Assembly (NCBI GenBank): GCA_937625935.1
Contig: OW569358.1
Location: forward strand, 124,001-188,000
DNA length: 64,000 nt
Origin: Tetramitus jugosus
Taxonomy: Eukaryota; Protista; Heterolobosea
Reading direction: 5' to 3'
Part shown: one piece after another, positions 46,161 through 58,771 of the stretch
How positions within the stretch are numbered: position 1 is the stretch's first letter
Layout of the letters: every line of letters starts with the position of its first letter
Translations under genes and position numbers: made by a program
Notes under the pieces: model-generated
Seen by the model: only the letters and a program-made list of their open reading frames with translations
What the model was told of the DNA's origin: nothing
The model's database searches: none

Positions 46161-46495
46161 AAGATTCCCCTATTTTTAGATTTTGCTTGTTACAATATCG
46201 GGAAAATGTTGGTTTACCAACCTTACAAAAAATTAAGAACTTTCCCTGTTGATTTTTTCTCCAACACGACAACGCCGCGACAAACCACCTCAAATAGTAC
46301 CAATCGCATAGACCCACACACTTTATTTTGATTAAAAAACGATTGTGTGAAAGATCTGCCTATTTTCTTGCGTCCCACTGCTCATAAACTTCCTCGCATA
46401 CAACCACACATTGGTGCTTTTTGCAAAACGAACTTTTGTCTCCACACCCACAATCAATAATTTGAAATTTATTACATAAATTGTATATACATAGA

Positions 46496-48256
46496 ATGAG
46501 TACCTTTAACACCAACCCACAAACCAATACTCAACGATCTCAAACTCAAGGCTCTCAATCGTCGAGCCAGCAATCCAACGGATCGAATAGTAGGAGCTCA
46601 AGCTACAACAACACCAACACCAACAGGAGAAAGAACTTTCCAACTAATGGAATCAATCAACAACCACAATCAACACCAACCATCAACAACACCACTACCA
46701 CCAATGCAACTAATGCTGCCACAAGCGGAAGCAGCCAAAACAGACAAGGAAGCAGCTCCAATAAGAATCGAGGAGGAAATCGTCAGTACAACAACAAGAG
46801 TCAATATCAACACCATAGACGATTAATCGATACGATGAACAAGGCAAATGGTGGCTCTGAGGCACCATCTAATACGACAACAGGTGTATCTTATTCACAA
46901 ATTGTGGGAGGCCATGACGAAATCCAAACAACATCAACCACATCCACTGTTGCTCCTCAACAACAACAACAACAACAATTCAGCAACGCCGCAAACATGG
47001 AGCCTCTAACTTATGCAGACATACAAAAGGCACAACAACTCGCCCAAGATGAGAACTGGAAATCAAAGCTAAGCCTACCACCAAGAGACGAGAGAGTTCA
47101 AACTGAGGATGTTACCCTAACTAGAGGAACAGAATTTGAAGACTTTTATCTTAAGAGAGAGTTATTAATGGGTATTTTTGAGAAGGGTTTTGAAAAGCCT
47201 TCTCCAATTCAGGAACACACTGTTCCAATTGCAATTTTCGGACGAGACATTCTTGCTCGTGCAAAGAACGGAACTGGTAAAACTGCTGCTTTTGTCATAC
47301 CTTCACTTGAGAAGGTTGATCCAAAGCAAGACTACATTCAAATTTTGATGATTGTTCCAACAAGAGAATTGGCACTGCAGACCTCTGCTGTCTGTAAGGA
47401 GATTGGCAAGTATTTGGATGTTGAGGTCATGGTTACCACTGGTGGTACATCGCTCAAGGATGATGTGATGAGATTGTACAAGCCAGTTCATATTTTGGTG
47501 GGAACACCTGGAAGAATTTTGGATTTGGCAAACAAAGGAGTCGCTGATTTAAGCAAGTGCTCAATGATGATTATGGATGAGGCTGATAAGCTTCTTTCTC
47601 CTGAAATGCAACCAATTATTGAAAAGTTGATCGAATTCCTTCCACAAAAGAGACAAATTCTCTTGTTCTCTGCTACTTTCCCTGTCAGTGTGAAGGACTT
47701 TAGAGACAAATACCTCAACAAACCTTATGAGATTAATCTCATGGATGAATTGACACTCAAGGGTGTTACACAGTACTATGCATTTGTGGAAGAGAGACAG
47801 AAGGTTCACTGTCTGAACACACTCTTCTCCAAATTATCAATTAATCAGTCCATTATCTTCTGTAACTCTGTCAACAGAGTTGAATTATTGGCAAAGAAGA
47901 TTACTGAGCTTGGTTATTCTTGCTTCTATATTCACGCCAGAATGCCTCAAGCATTGAGAAACAGAGTTTTCCACGATTTCAGAAATGGCGCTTGCAGAAA
48001 TTTGGTGTCCTCTGACTTGTTTACAAGAGGTATCGATATTCAAGCTGTGAACGTTGTCATTAACTTTGATTTCCCAAAGAACTCTGAAACCTATCTGCAC
48101 AGAATTGGTAGATCTGGCAGATTTGGTCACTTGGGTTTGGCCATCAACTTTGTGACTTATGAAGACAGATTCAACTTGTACAAGATTGAACAGGAACTTG
48201 GCACTGAAATTAAGCCAATACCTCCTGTGATTGACAAGTCACTCTATGTCAGTTAA
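46496..48256 (+). CDS. DDX6: DEAD-box RNA helicase DDX6/Dhh1
   Basis: [69 protein letters not shown]. Confidence 0.98.
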   Translation: MSTFNTNPQTNTQRSQTQGSQSSSQQSNGSNSRSSSYNNTNTNRRKNFPTNGINQQPQSTPTINNTTTTNATNAATSGSSQNRQGSSSNKNRGGNRQYNNKSQYQHHRRLIDTMNKANGGSEAPSNTTTGVSYSQIVGGHDEIQTTSTTSTVAPQQQQQQQFSNAANMEPLTYADIQKAQQLAQDENWKSKLSLPPRDERVQTEDVTLTRGTEFEDFYLKRELLMGIFEKGFEKPSPIQEHTVPIAIFGRDILARAKNGTGKTAAFVIPSLEKVDPKQDYIQILMIVPTRELALQTSAVCKEIGKYLDVEVMVTTGGTSLKDDVMRLYKPVHILVGTPGRILDLANKGVADLSKCSMMIMDEADKLLSPEMQPIIEKLIEFLPQKRQILLFSATFPVSVKDFRDKYLNKPYEINLMDELTLKGVTQYYAFVEERQKVHCLNTLFSKLSINQSIIFCNSVNRVELLAKKITELGYSCFYIHARMPQALRNRVFHDFRNGACRNLVSSDLFTRGIDIQAVNVVINFDFPKNSETYLHRIGRSGRFGHLGLAINFVTYEDRFNLYKIEQELGTEIKPIPPVIDKSLYVS

Positions 48257-48581
48257 GAAGTTGAAGAGTTCCACCACTCTTACCAACAACAACCACAATT
48301 CTTGAATGGGCCTATTTGTCTAATCTGACACCTCCTACGTGAGGACCACATGACGATTAGAAGAATAAGTCACTTTGAGTCTGCAAATCTGCATTTGGGC
48401 AGGGCAAAACACACAAATAAACAATGGAGATTGGCAACGAACATCACTGCAACACAATTTTTTCTTTCATCAAAAACATTTTTTGGCGGTTGATCTCAAC
48501 AAAAAAACCACGCATACAATCTGACGATACCAACGAACGAACAACAACTGATCAGTCTGAGGCAAGCAGCAACGCGTTGAT

Positions 48582-49520
48582 ATGAAGCTACGAACAGTAA
48601 CAGATCCAGTCGACAAGAAAGACACGACATATGAACCACCTGGTGCCAAACGCGGTGTGCGCAGAAGAAGAAACAACAAGGACAACAGTTCAAAGGACGA
48701 TCACAAACATTGGAAGAATGACACTGATGAGTGGATCGATCTGGAAGATGATGAAAATGATTTGACATACGGTCCACATCTCACTGCCAAACAAATCAAA
48801 TCTCGGATGAAGTATCGAAAGAAGAGACCACCACTCACACTGCAGAGAAGTGAGCTTGACAGTGAGGGTCCAGTGACGAGACAGAGAGCAAGAGAACGAA
48901 TTCCTGTTGGTCGATACAACAATAGCAGTGATAGTGATGATCATTCGGAGGATGATACTGATGATGATGAGTCTGCTGTTGTGGCCTATCGACAGAAGAA
49001 GAAGCAGCAGCAGCAACAAAGTCATCAAAGATTTTCCAATCATCAATTGTCGACTTATCAGTACAGGCCGACAACGACACATCACGGAACAAAGAGACCA
49101 ATGATTGTCATGGCATCGCAAGTGAGACAAAAGGAGAAGGAAAGAGAGGAGAAGAAGCAGAGGAGATTGCAACAAAAGTATGCGAGTAGTGATGACGATG
49201 AAGGCGATAATGATAAGAGTATAAAGACTAGAGGAAGCACGAGTAAATCTTCTTCTACAACGAGTACCAATGGAAAGAACGTACAACGAAGAAGAAGAGA
49301 TGATGATGATGCATCGTCATCAGGAGAAGATAACGAAGAGACGGGAACACAGAAATCAAAACAACGAACGACGATGGCTTCGCGAAAGGCAAGAGGCGAT
49401 TCGGACATTGACGACGAGTATTATGAAGTTGAAATTGTACCAAAGAAGAAGAGGACATTTACTGAAGATAAGAGCCAAAAGAGAGGACATGATGAAGGGG
49501 ATGACGATTATCATCCATAG
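48582..49520 (+). CDS. Hypothetical highly charged disordered protein
   Basis: 312-aa ATG ORF rich in D/E/K/R/S. Confidence 0.65.
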   Translation: MKLRTVTDPVDKKDTTYEPPGAKRGVRRRRNNKDNSSKDDHKHWKNDTDEWIDLEDDENDLTYGPHLTAKQIKSRMKYRKKRPPLTLQRSELDSEGPVTRQRARERIPVGRYNNSSDSDDHSEDDTDDDESAVVAYRQKKKQQQQQSHQRFSNHQLSTYQYRPTTTHHGTKRPMIVMASQVRQKEKEREEKKQRRLQQKYASSDDDEGDNDKSIKTRGSTSKSSSTTSTNGKNVQRRRRDDDDASSSGEDNEETGTQKSKQRTTMASRKARGDSDIDDEYYEVEIVPKKKRTFTEDKSQKRGHDEGDDDYHP

Positions 49521-49650
49521 TGTCACATTTCTTGTTGTATGTGTGGACCATAGACGTTCAGCCTGTAACACTACCCATTGTTATTATAATATTAGTAGTA
49601 ATAATAATTTATTCGTTTATTTAATATATGTGTTGAAGAAACAATGGCAA

Positions 49651-52461
49651 CTAAAGACGTTCCAGAACAAGTTTGATTGCTTGTTCGCAGGCATTTCTTT
49701 CCACTATTTTCCGATTGGACCCAGTGTGTTCAATCAGAATGACTTCTTGACAACTAATTGTACACTTGTAGTTGTGATCGTTTGTGTTGATAGTTTGCTC
49801 GCTTTCTCCTTTGAGAATCTCGGTCGTTTCAAAATGGGGGACTGCTTTGTACACCAGTTGGCAAAGATGTTGCAAATATTGCTTCAAAGGGCTCTTAATG
49901 TGATCTGGGTGAAGCTGATCTTCCTTGTCAAATACATCCAACATGAGCCGATTGAACAATTTTTGAACTGTTGAAACATCACCTTCTCCTTCGTTTGATA
50001 TGGAGTATCCACTGTCGACATAAATGGCTGCGAACAGAGCTACCATGGTGTCAGATTGAGCTGCTTGTAGATAGTCCAACTGTTGTAGTAGCACAAATTC
50101 TTCTAGTCGTAGTTGCTTGAGAGCTGACTGGAAGCATACATCCGAATAATCGAGAAGTGCATGTACAGAAAGAGTCATTTGTCTCGGATCACATTGAGGA
50201 AATCTTTGAAAGATGTGTTGTACAGATAGGTATTTCAGCAGAGCTACACCAAGAAATTTTAGAGATTCATGGTTGAGACGACTCATGTCTCCCACCATAA
50301 CAGATTGACCTGTTTCCCATTTGATGGAATTCTTTCTTATTTTCATTACCTTCTTCAGCTGTGACATACTTTCACTCGTGTACTGGATCATCGAGTCGTT
50401 ATATGATGGGTCTATGAGTGCTTCAATTAACAAACTCTTGTCCTGAAAGGTGTATCCAAGAAGTTGCTCCAGTTGAATAATTTTGTCCTTCATACTTTCC
50501 AGAAGCGAGTGCATCAGTTGAGTGTCAGCTTCATTTGCACAGAAAGGAGAAACACTTATTCCTGAATTATCAATACAAGAGATTATATACTGGCTTTCAA
50601 CAATATCTCTAACTCTGTTAAATCCATGAGTAATCTGTATGGCTCCAAGGATACTCTCAAATACATCGGCTGACATTTTAATTGGCAAAACTTTAGAAGG
50701 TCCTCGCGGTGCAAGAATATACTGATCCAAATTCATTTCAATCGCCCTTTGACACAATTGTTTGTTGCCGATTACAAATGTAAATAAATCGTACCAATCG
50801 CTGTCAAGTTTTGCTTGTGTCGTACTTGTAACATGAAACTTTTTGAATATATAGGTTGCTGCACATATATGAAGAGTTGAATCACCTAGAAACTCTAATC
50901 TTTCGTAGCTATGTGATCTCAGTTGCTTCTCTTGTGCATATGACATGTGAGTGAAGGCATTCCGCAGTAAGAGAGGAACATGAGAACATCCTTTTTGTTT
51001 AGACAATGTTAAAAAGTCAGTTCCTAACTCCTTTTCAAACAATACAAGGCGATTATAGTGAATTAATTGTTCGGTGGTCATCCTCGCGCTCGGTACCACA
51101 TTTTTCATATAGTTACCAAATGAGGCAAAATCAAAGGGAACATAATAGCACTGGTACAACTTCAGATTCTTATCACCGATCACACTGCTTGTGAGAAGCT
51201 TATGAAGAGTTTCGTCATATTCTTCACGATCTTCATTCTTTTTCTCTATATGCTGTGCCCCAACAGTGTATGATAATGTATACAAGCGACTGGTTACGGG
51301 TCCTCTATTCTCTAAGAACCATTTCTTCGATTTATAAAGGGCGGGATTATCGATTCCGTTGACCTTCAGTGTAGGTAATTTGAGACACGAGATGTGATAA
51401 ATGCCATGATCATCACACTCCAACTCAAAGAATTCCAAAGATTCGGCAACAAAGGGACTATTGTCAGCTCGACGAACAACAGAAAGATCTCTCACAAGAT
51501 GACTGTAAATATTCGCTTGTTCTATGGCTTCCTTAAACTCGTCACTAGATGCTATGAGTCGTTCAAGATCGGTAATATTCTTCAATTGTGAAACATAATT
51601 TGCGAAGATGGACGTTATCTGGGTGAGAGACAGATAAGGTATCGATTGAATTTTATTCAATCTCTTGAGTAGTGATACATCTTCGTTCATAATGGAGTTC
51701 AACACATATAACATTGATTTCTTATCGTTGTTCTGTTGATTGAGCTCGTGTTTCGTAAAATAAGCTTCTAACAACTCCAAATGCAGAAATTCATGTAGCG
51801 TTCGATTGTCATTCTCTTTTGAATGAGAATTTTGACCTATTAACGGAATCAGTGCAATACTCGCTTCATTCTCCAACAATGGTTCTTCAATTTTCATAGA
51901 CAACAACATGTAGCGTTGAACGTTGCGCAATATTTGAATCTGACTCTGTGACACTTGCGAAAAATGTCCCAACTTGTGAAGGGAACACGTAACATTGAGC
52001 TCTGGTTTCTTAGATATAATAAACTGTGGTATAATGTCATTCAATTCGGTAAACACATTCACCAGGTTGTCACTCATCTCTTCATACAAGTGACAAAACA
52101 CAAACTCCTGAACACTCAAACGGTCATCTTCTGTCGTTGTTGACCATAATGTTTCTGTTTCTTCAAGATTGCAGTCCTTATCATCATGGCAAATCGCTGG
52201 GGACAACGGAAGCAATGAGAGACCTCTTTGATTCAATTCTCGTTCCGAATCCGTAGGCAAAGCTTTCAAGTGAAGGTATTGAACGAGACCAGACATTGTG
52301 CATTGCACAACAGAGAAGGGAAACATTTTGGGTTCGATGAATTGGGCCAACTTGGAACGATGAGTCATTTGCTTGATGGTGTTTTGTTCTTCAGAGCTAG
52401 AGTATCGAAAATGGTAGTGATACTGATAGACATCAACATGAAACATCTTTTGGGCTTGCAT
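49651..52461 (-). CDS. Dicer/Drosha-like protein with two RNase III domains and a C-terminal dsRBD, no helicase
   Basis: IIIa: AFTHMSY..YERLEFLGDS..ADVFESILGAI. IIIb: HESLKFLGVA..SDTMVALFAAIYVDSG. dsRBD: PLKQYLQHLCQ...NRKIVERNACEQAIK. Confidence 0.88.
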   Translation of the reverse strand: MQAQKMFHVDVYQYHYHFRYSSSEEQNTIKQMTHRSKLAQFIEPKMFPFSVVQCTMSGLVQYLHLKALPTDSERELNQRGLSLLPLSPAICHDDKDCNLEETETLWSTTTEDDRLSVQEFVFCHLYEEMSDNLVNVFTELNDIIPQFIISKKPELNVTCSLHKLGHFSQVSQSQIQILRNVQRYMLLSMKIEEPLLENEASIALIPLIGQNSHSKENDNRTLHEFLHLELLEAYFTKHELNQQNNDKKSMLYVLNSIMNEDVSLLKRLNKIQSIPYLSLTQITSIFANYVSQLKNITDLERLIASSDEFKEAIEQANIYSHLVRDLSVVRRADNSPFVAESLEFFELECDDHGIYHISCLKLPTLKVNGIDNPALYKSKKWFLENRGPVTSRLYTLSYTVGAQHIEKKNEDREEYDETLHKLLTSSVIGDKNLKLYQCYYVPFDFASFGNYMKNVVPSARMTTEQLIHYNRLVLFEKELGTDFLTLSKQKGCSHVPLLLRNAFTHMSYAQEKQLRSHSYERLEFLGDSTLHICAATYIFKKFHVTSTTQAKLDSDWYDLFTFVIGNKQLCQRAIEMNLDQYILAPRGPSKVLPIKMSADVFESILGAIQITHGFNRVRDIVESQYIISCIDNSGISVSPFCANEADTQLMHSLLESMKDKIIQLEQLLGYTFQDKSLLIEALIDPSYNDSMIQYTSESMSQLKKVMKIRKNSIKWETGQSVMVGDMSRLNHESLKFLGVALLKYLSVQHIFQRFPQCDPRQMTLSVHALLDYSDVCFQSALKQLRLEEFVLLQQLDYLQAAQSDTMVALFAAIYVDSGYSISNEGEGDVSTVQKLFNRLMLDVFDKEDQLHPDHIKSPLKQYLQHLCQLVYKAVPHFETTEILKGESEQTINTNDHNYKCTISCQEVILIEHTGSNRKIVERNACEQAIKLVLERL

Positions 52462-52573
52462 TTCACCTCGTGAGCGATTGATGATCAACAGAATTTTTTT
52501 TGTTGGTGGAGATTCGATTTTATGTTGTTTTAGCTGAGCTCAGAAATGGGGAACTTGGCCAAGTTGAGTGATC

Positions 52574-55500
52574 TTACTTTGGAGTTTGCAGGATAATGGT
52601 TCTTCTTTCTTCGATAGGAGTATTGGGTTGTGGAGTGCATAGAGTATCTTCGAGTGAATCTTCAACTGGATCTTTGGTTATCAACTCGAGATCATTCCTT
52701 GTATAAACATTAAACATTCGACGAGCAACTGAAGGAGAGGAAGAAGCTTCTTTTTCAGCATCGTCATTGTACCAGGCATCAAATGTCAGAGGAGGAGGAG
52801 GTTCCACCACCGGTTTCTTGTTTGATTTGATAGTGAAAGCGGCTATAGCAATCATCAGTCCGATAATTAAGAATGCAGGTACCACAGAACACAATACCGC
52901 TACCAATATGTATTTCCATCGATCGTTCACGTTGCGATCTGGAGGATCTCTTTCACACACGCTAAATTGGCAATCACTTCCCAGAACATCGATGTAGGTC
53001 ACTACAGTATCATATGGCAAAGACCTTCTATTGAAATCCCCCAATGACTGAGATAACACTAAGGAAAAGGTTTCATTTCGTAATATAGGAGCTTGATACA
53101 AGGGTAGAACATCAAGGGGATGTGCTAGTGAACAGACCACCGAACCATCCTTTGATACTCGCGCTTGTAAGAACCACTTCTTTCTCCTCAAGAACACCGA
53201 ATCTACTTCATCGATTACGGAATATCCCTTGGATAGAGATCGTCTGTTGACCTCGGGTCTAATTAACCGAAAATCGAGAGTATATGATGTACCCGTTGTA
53301 ACATTCGGACAACTTGTTGTTTGAGTTTTTGTTACTGTTTTCGCATCTTTAAAGTACGCCGTTCTTATTCCCAGTTGTGTACCATAGTCTGGACCAATTG
53401 AAACTGACGTGCTAAAGTATAGAGTGGGTGAGTTGAACCACCACATTTCAATCATATTTGCAGGAATGGTAGACGATTGATCAATGTTAAAGCCAACATA
53501 GCTTCTTTGGTTTAAAATTGAGAGACGTTCTTTCGTTGCCAAAATGCTCCTCTCGTTGTTAGCCCCAATGAAAGAAGTTGAAATACGCATAATCATGGAG
53601 TTGCTTGAATCTGACTTAATTATAGAGATTGATGGAAAGTTTTGGGATCCATCCGGTAGAGGAAGAGTGCTGGAAAAGTCCTCGATATTGAAGTTATCAA
53701 ATGAGTAATAGAAACTAGAGATGTTGTTTTTCAAATAGGTGATAATCGTAGGTGCAGATACGCCACTGTAAATGTACCAGTCACTTTCAACTGTTATCAA
53801 CACGGGTTCATCGTACGTATCATTTATGACAGGTACTATACATTGAATTGTCGTTGAATTGATTCGGACTCCTTCAGTCGTGACACTTTGTCGCCTGTCT
53901 TGTGTACGAGCCACATGAGTAAAGTTACATACGTACTTCCAAGAATCAGGATAAAGAATAGAAGTTAACTCTATTGAATCTAATGGATGAATAATTCGAG
54001 CAGATATCCTGTCAATAGTGTTTCGAAAGTACGTTACATTAAAATCTGAATAAGGAGAAAAAACATCTCCTGCAGCGCCATGGGCTAACCTCATATCCAC
54101 CTTGAGTCTATCAGAGGGCCAGTTGTAGTTACTGACAAAACAAGCATCCCCCGTAAGTTGCAGAGACAAACAATCTCTCAAAGGAAACGTAAGCGAGATT
54201 AAACTCGAGGGATCTTTGATCAATACTTTCGAAAAAACACCGAACAGCAACTGAGAACCTTTAAGTGCCACATTATTCGGTTGTTGTCTGATGAGAGCAT
54301 ATCTCTGAGGAATATCTGTGACAATCGGTTTCCAATCGGAGAGTATCCCTATGGGTCTGTTTCGTAACCCTAATGGTATGAGGTGATGGGAAACAACAAG
54401 CGACCGATAACTCCCTTCTACTATTAAGAATTCCTTGTTTGAGTTGATTAAATAAACAGAATTCTCAAGTTCCACTTTCTTTGAGATTTGAAAACCCTCA
54501 GGTATTGAGATAACAGGGTCGATGATGGAGTTCTCAAAAATAAAGATGGTATTCTTCGTCACAAAATACAGATTGCGTTTGAAGTAGAATATTGATTGGA
54601 TATTCAAGTTGATCGTGTCAGAGTATAAAACTATTTTGCTCGACATCCTTCCAGACAATTCATTTTTCACAATGCATTCAATTCTATTCTCGTCATACAC
54701 CAGCACATAAACATAAGATCCATCACTAGTAATAAGCGCATTTTGAGATTTCGATCCAATTGGAGAATAGAATTGTATATCACCTGAGGTTTGTCTCAAT
54801 GTAGTGGTATCTGAAACTCTCATAGATATTCTATCTGATAATGTGTGCACTGTGATAAGAGACGTTGAACTATTAAATTTTGCGTACTCAAGGTTGGTGC
54901 TTAAGATATTTAAGGTGGAGGGAAGCAGTAGAGGGGTCAAATTTGCCGAATAAGAGATTGTTGCTTGACTCACTCTGCTTGCTACGAAGAAAAACATTAC
55001 TTTTGTAAATGGATTAATGACCATAAATTTCGCTGAAGAACTAAGTCTGATTCGAGCCAGGTTCTTTTCACAACTCACATCGACTAGTACTACTGCAGCA
55101 TCGAAATCCGTAGTGTCGACAAACACCAAGTAGTCTCCTGTACAAGGTTTCATAGAATTTTCACAGTTATCTCCCGCATAACCATCAACACATTGACAAA
55201 TATTGGGGCTGGTACAGTTTCCTCTCCTTGAGCATACCTCTTCAGTGACAGTAGCTGCAATGCCGTTACAGAGAGGAATTTCACAGAATTTTCCAGTAGA
55301 TATCTGCTTATTGCAATCACATAGGTCTTTATCTATACAGCTACCTCTTCCAGAGCACACTTCAGTTTCGTTGGCTAGTATGGAGTTGCAAGAAGGTAAG
55401 GCTCCTCTCACGAAAGTCTGTCCGGCTTCCCTGTTTACCATCAAAAAGAGAAAGACTACCAATAAGAAATAATAAATAGCCCTTGAGTTACTTGTCATAT

Positions 55501-55597
55501 TGATTGTTTTAAATGTAGTTCTTCCATTGAACCGCAATTCTTCAAGAACATCGGCAGAAATTTCTGTAGATGCGTGCTCTCTGTTTTCTCCGCTCAT
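52574..55597 (-). CDS. Type I membrane protein with EGF-like repeats
   Basis: Signal peptide (likely start 55498), CNSILANETEVCSGRGSC and CQCVDGYAGDNC repeats, TM ILVAVLCSVVPAFLIIGLMIAIAAF. Confidence 0.85.
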   Translation of the reverse strand: MSGENREHASTEISADVLEELRFNGRTTFKTINMTSNSRAIYYFLLVVFLFLMVNREAGQTFVRGALPSCNSILANETEVCSGRGSCIDKDLCDCNKQISTGKFCEIPLCNGIAATVTEEVCSRRGNCTSPNICQCVDGYAGDNCENSMKPCTGDYLVFVDTTDFDAAVVLVDVSCEKNLARIRLSSSAKFMVINPFTKVMFFFVASRVSQATISYSANLTPLLLPSTLNILSTNLEYAKFNSSTSLITVHTLSDRISMRVSDTTTLRQTSGDIQFYSPIGSKSQNALITSDGSYVYVLVYDENRIECIVKNELSGRMSSKIVLYSDTINLNIQSIFYFKRNLYFVTKNTIFIFENSIIDPVISIPEGFQISKKVELENSVYLINSNKEFLIVEGSYRSLVVSHHLIPLGLRNRPIGILSDWKPIVTDIPQRYALIRQQPNNVALKGSQLLFGVFSKVLIKDPSSLISLTFPLRDCLSLQLTGDACFVSNYNWPSDRLKVDMRLAHGAAGDVFSPYSDFNVTYFRNTIDRISARIIHPLDSIELTSILYPDSWKYVCNFTHVARTQDRRQSVTTEGVRINSTTIQCIVPVINDTYDEPVLITVESDWYIYSGVSAPTIITYLKNNISSFYYSFDNFNIEDFSSTLPLPDGSQNFPSISIIKSDSSNSMIMRISTSFIGANNERSILATKERLSILNQRSYVGFNIDQSSTIPANMIEMWWFNSPTLYFSTSVSIGPDYGTQLGIRTAYFKDAKTVTKTQTTSCPNVTTGTSYTLDFRLIRPEVNRRSLSKGYSVIDEVDSVFLRRKKWFLQARVSKDGSVVCSLAHPLDVLPLYQAPILRNETFSLVLSQSLGDFNRRSLPYDTVVTYIDVLGSDCQFSVCERDPPDRNVNDRWKYILVAVLCSVVPAFLIIGLMIAIAAFTIKSNKKPVVEPPPPLTFDAWYNDDAEKEASSSPSVARRMFNVYTRNDLELITKDPVEDSLEDTLCTPQPNTPIEERRTIILQTPK

Positions 55598-55709
55598 CTG
55601 ATTCGCGAAGACAATTTTAGATTGGGTGTCAGATTTTTATTCAGATCTCAAAAGTGTCCAATTGCTGTTCGAACCAACAAAAGAACGTACGTGATCACAA
55701 GAACAACCA

Positions 55710-56101
55710 TGGGAAAGGACAAGAAGGATAAAAAAGACAAGAAGGAGAAGAAAGACAAGGAAGATAAGCCTTTGACCCTTCCACCAGCAAGCAAGAAGAC
55801 ATGTATGGAAGCTTGCCAGAATTATGCTGACTTGGTTGGTCAGTCAGTTCTCAAGGATGTGCTGGGCGGAGGAGGCGACTACCAAAAATTCCTCACCACT
55901 TGTCCTGCCAGATGTCAGAGCAACTACAACGAGTTCCAAGCTTTCTGTATTGGTAATGCCACAACTGTTGGTAGGGCTGATCAATGTCTCAAGTACAATA
56001 CTTTGGATTTGAGCAAGATGAACAAGAAGGAAAAGAAGGATATGAAGGATGTTGTCAAGTCTTATCAAAAACACCTGAAAAACACGAAGCCAACCGATTA
56101 A
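55710..56101 (+). CDS. Small Lys-rich, Cys-containing hypothetical protein
   Basis: ATG after an ACAACC leader, host-like codon usage, 6 Cys. Confidence 0.65.
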
Positions 56102-56294
56102 CTATGAGGGAACCACAACACAATACAATAAATGAGTATTACACACTACAAAAATTCACAACACTTCCTGGACCAGGAGCAAAAGCTCAAAGCTAGTTTT
56201 GATTGAAAAAAACTCCTCCAACTGGTCGCATCCATTTGGACGCGGTGATCCCAAATCGAAACCAAGCAGAAAAAAAAAACGCTCTCAACACAAC

Positions 56295-58690
56295 ATGCAT
56301 GCCAATAATCAGAACAGTGAGAGCATACCCTCACCAAATTCTTCACCCAACCATCATCATAATCATCATCATCATCACCACCATACTGCATCCACCACCA
56401 CCACAAGAGCTAACATGCATCATCACTATCATCACAATCACATTAATCAACAACAAATTTCACCATTGACAAACACATTTCAAGCATGTCATCTACACAT
56501 TCAAAGGTTATTGACAGTGCTACAACCATCTATCGAATCAGAAGAGAAGCGTTCATTTGTTTTCAATGCCATTTCTAATTTGTTGAGTGAGCTTGGACTA
56601 AAGGTACATTGATCTATTTTTTTGTTATTGTTGTTGTTGTTTATTGACATTCTCTTTTTTGGTAACCGTGTGCACACATGGACAGACGTTTCTCTATGGA
56701 TCAGTCGCATTCAAAACATATTTACCCGATGGTGACATTGATATTTCTGTTTTTGAGTCGAACAGTACCAATCTGTTGAACAATTATAATCCTCACAGCA
56801 ATGGTCACATGATGACAAACATGATGAACACTGTTGCGATGATGTCAACAGCGAATACTACTGTATCCACTTCAATGAATACGACGAATGCTGCACTGAC
56901 ATTGTCACAGATATCGGATCAGAATTCAAATCAACAACAACAACAACAACAACAACAACCATGGTACACTAAAGTTCGAAATGCATTTAAAAATGTTCAG
57001 GAATCAGGAAACAATACTCTAGTGATTCGTGATGTCTATTTTATTAACGCTGAAGTATGTGTGCCCTATTAACAAATGTTTTGTGATTGTGACAATGATG
57101 ATGATTGACTCTTGTCTTTTGTGCGTGCGTTTGAACTTTTTTACACCCATGCGCATGTACATTTCCATCGGATTAGGTCAAATTAATCAAGTGTATTGTG
57201 AATAATATACCGATTGATATGTCGTCGAATCAGGCAGGTGGATTATCGACGCTCTGTTTTCTTCAGGAGGTGGATCAATTGATTGGACAGGATCATTTAT
57301 TTAAGCGAAGTATCATTTTGATGAAAGCGTGGTGTTATTATGAGAGTCGGATACTGGGATCGCATCATGGACTACTATCGACCTATGCGCTCACGATTCT
57401 AATCATGTATATATTCAATGTTTGTTATGATGATATTGATTCCCCACTGCGAGCACTGTACTATGTTTTGCAATATTTTTGTCAGTTTGATTGGGAAAAT
57501 TATGCAATTTCGATATATGGACCTGTGCAATTGCAATCATTGCCTCACATTCAAGGTATGTATTAGTTGAATTATTGTTGAGATACCAAGTGTTCATTGT
57601 AAACAGTGTTGCTAACAAACAATCACATACGTTGCTTCACTTGGATACCACAGTGTCGGATGCGACTTTTGGTGCCGGCGAGTTTTTCATGAATGGTAGG
57701 AAGCGGATGACAAAGCATTTCTTTTCAAATGATTTTTTAGCCGAATGTGTTGAAAAATATGCGAGATTTGACAGTGTATCATCTCACACGCAACGAGTAT
57801 TTATGCCAAAGTTTATGAATATTATTGATCCATTACGCGAATATAATAATTTGGGACGAAGTGTCAGTAAGAACAATCATTTACGGATAAGAAGAGCGTT
57901 TAAGAAGGGTGCAAAGGTACTGAAGGGAATTTTATATGGAAATGTGAATCAGAGTCGGCGCATTTTAACCGTATTCTTCAGCAACACTTCGAGTCATTTT
58001 GATGCATTCCAAAATGAGGAGGAGCTGCTGCGTTATGGGAGCGAATCTACGAGCCCCGTTTCGAGTCCAAGCAATTTTCATGGAGGAAATGAACGTCCTA
58101 GATCGTCTTCACTTGCTCAGTCATCGAAAAGGAGTCCAATGTTAGATTCTGTGGCATCACCTCCTTCGCCGAATTGGGTGAGATCGAACAAGGTTTTTGA
58201 TTCAAAGTTGGAGGATTGTCGAGCAAATTTGTTGAGTGCCACAACTCATAATCTATTTGGCAGCAATGAGGGGCAATCGGGGTATGAAGAGTCAGGGAGC
58301 ATTCTGCAACAGCATCCAACGCGAACTGTGACAGATGATCATGATAAAACGAAGGAGGTTCCTTCTCGTTCCAAAGGTAAGCGGAAAAGTAAGTCTGTAA
58401 ATCCGCGTGGGTCTCACACAAATACAGTTGTGACCCCAGCCAAGGAGCCAGCATCAGTCGAATCCACACCTGAGAAAGCGAGAAAGGTGATTTCAGGTCC
58501 CTCGCCCTCTCCCAATAGCTCTGACCGCAGCAGAAACAATAAGCAAAAGAAAGCTTCGAGCAAGTCGCGAAAATATAGAGCTAATACCCTATCAGATTAC
58601 ATCAATCTGGAGAATGTATCAACTGCCAAAACGCGCCAGCAAAAGTCAAAGAGCGCCAAAAGGAAGCCGAACAGCAGCGTTGCCGAATAA
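56295..58690 (+). CDS. Pol-beta-like nucleotidyltransferase (PAP/OAS1 substrate-binding family), spliced
   Basis: YGSVAFKTYLPDGDIDI; LFKRSIILMKAWCYYESRILGSHHGLLSTYAL; NIIDPLREYNNLGRSVS. Confidence 0.9.
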
Positions 58691-58771
58691 AAATTTTGTC
58701 CGAAATTCTTACAGTTCGGAAAAATTTGTTTATTGTCTTCTGTTCCATTCACAGAACGAAGCACTGGAATA

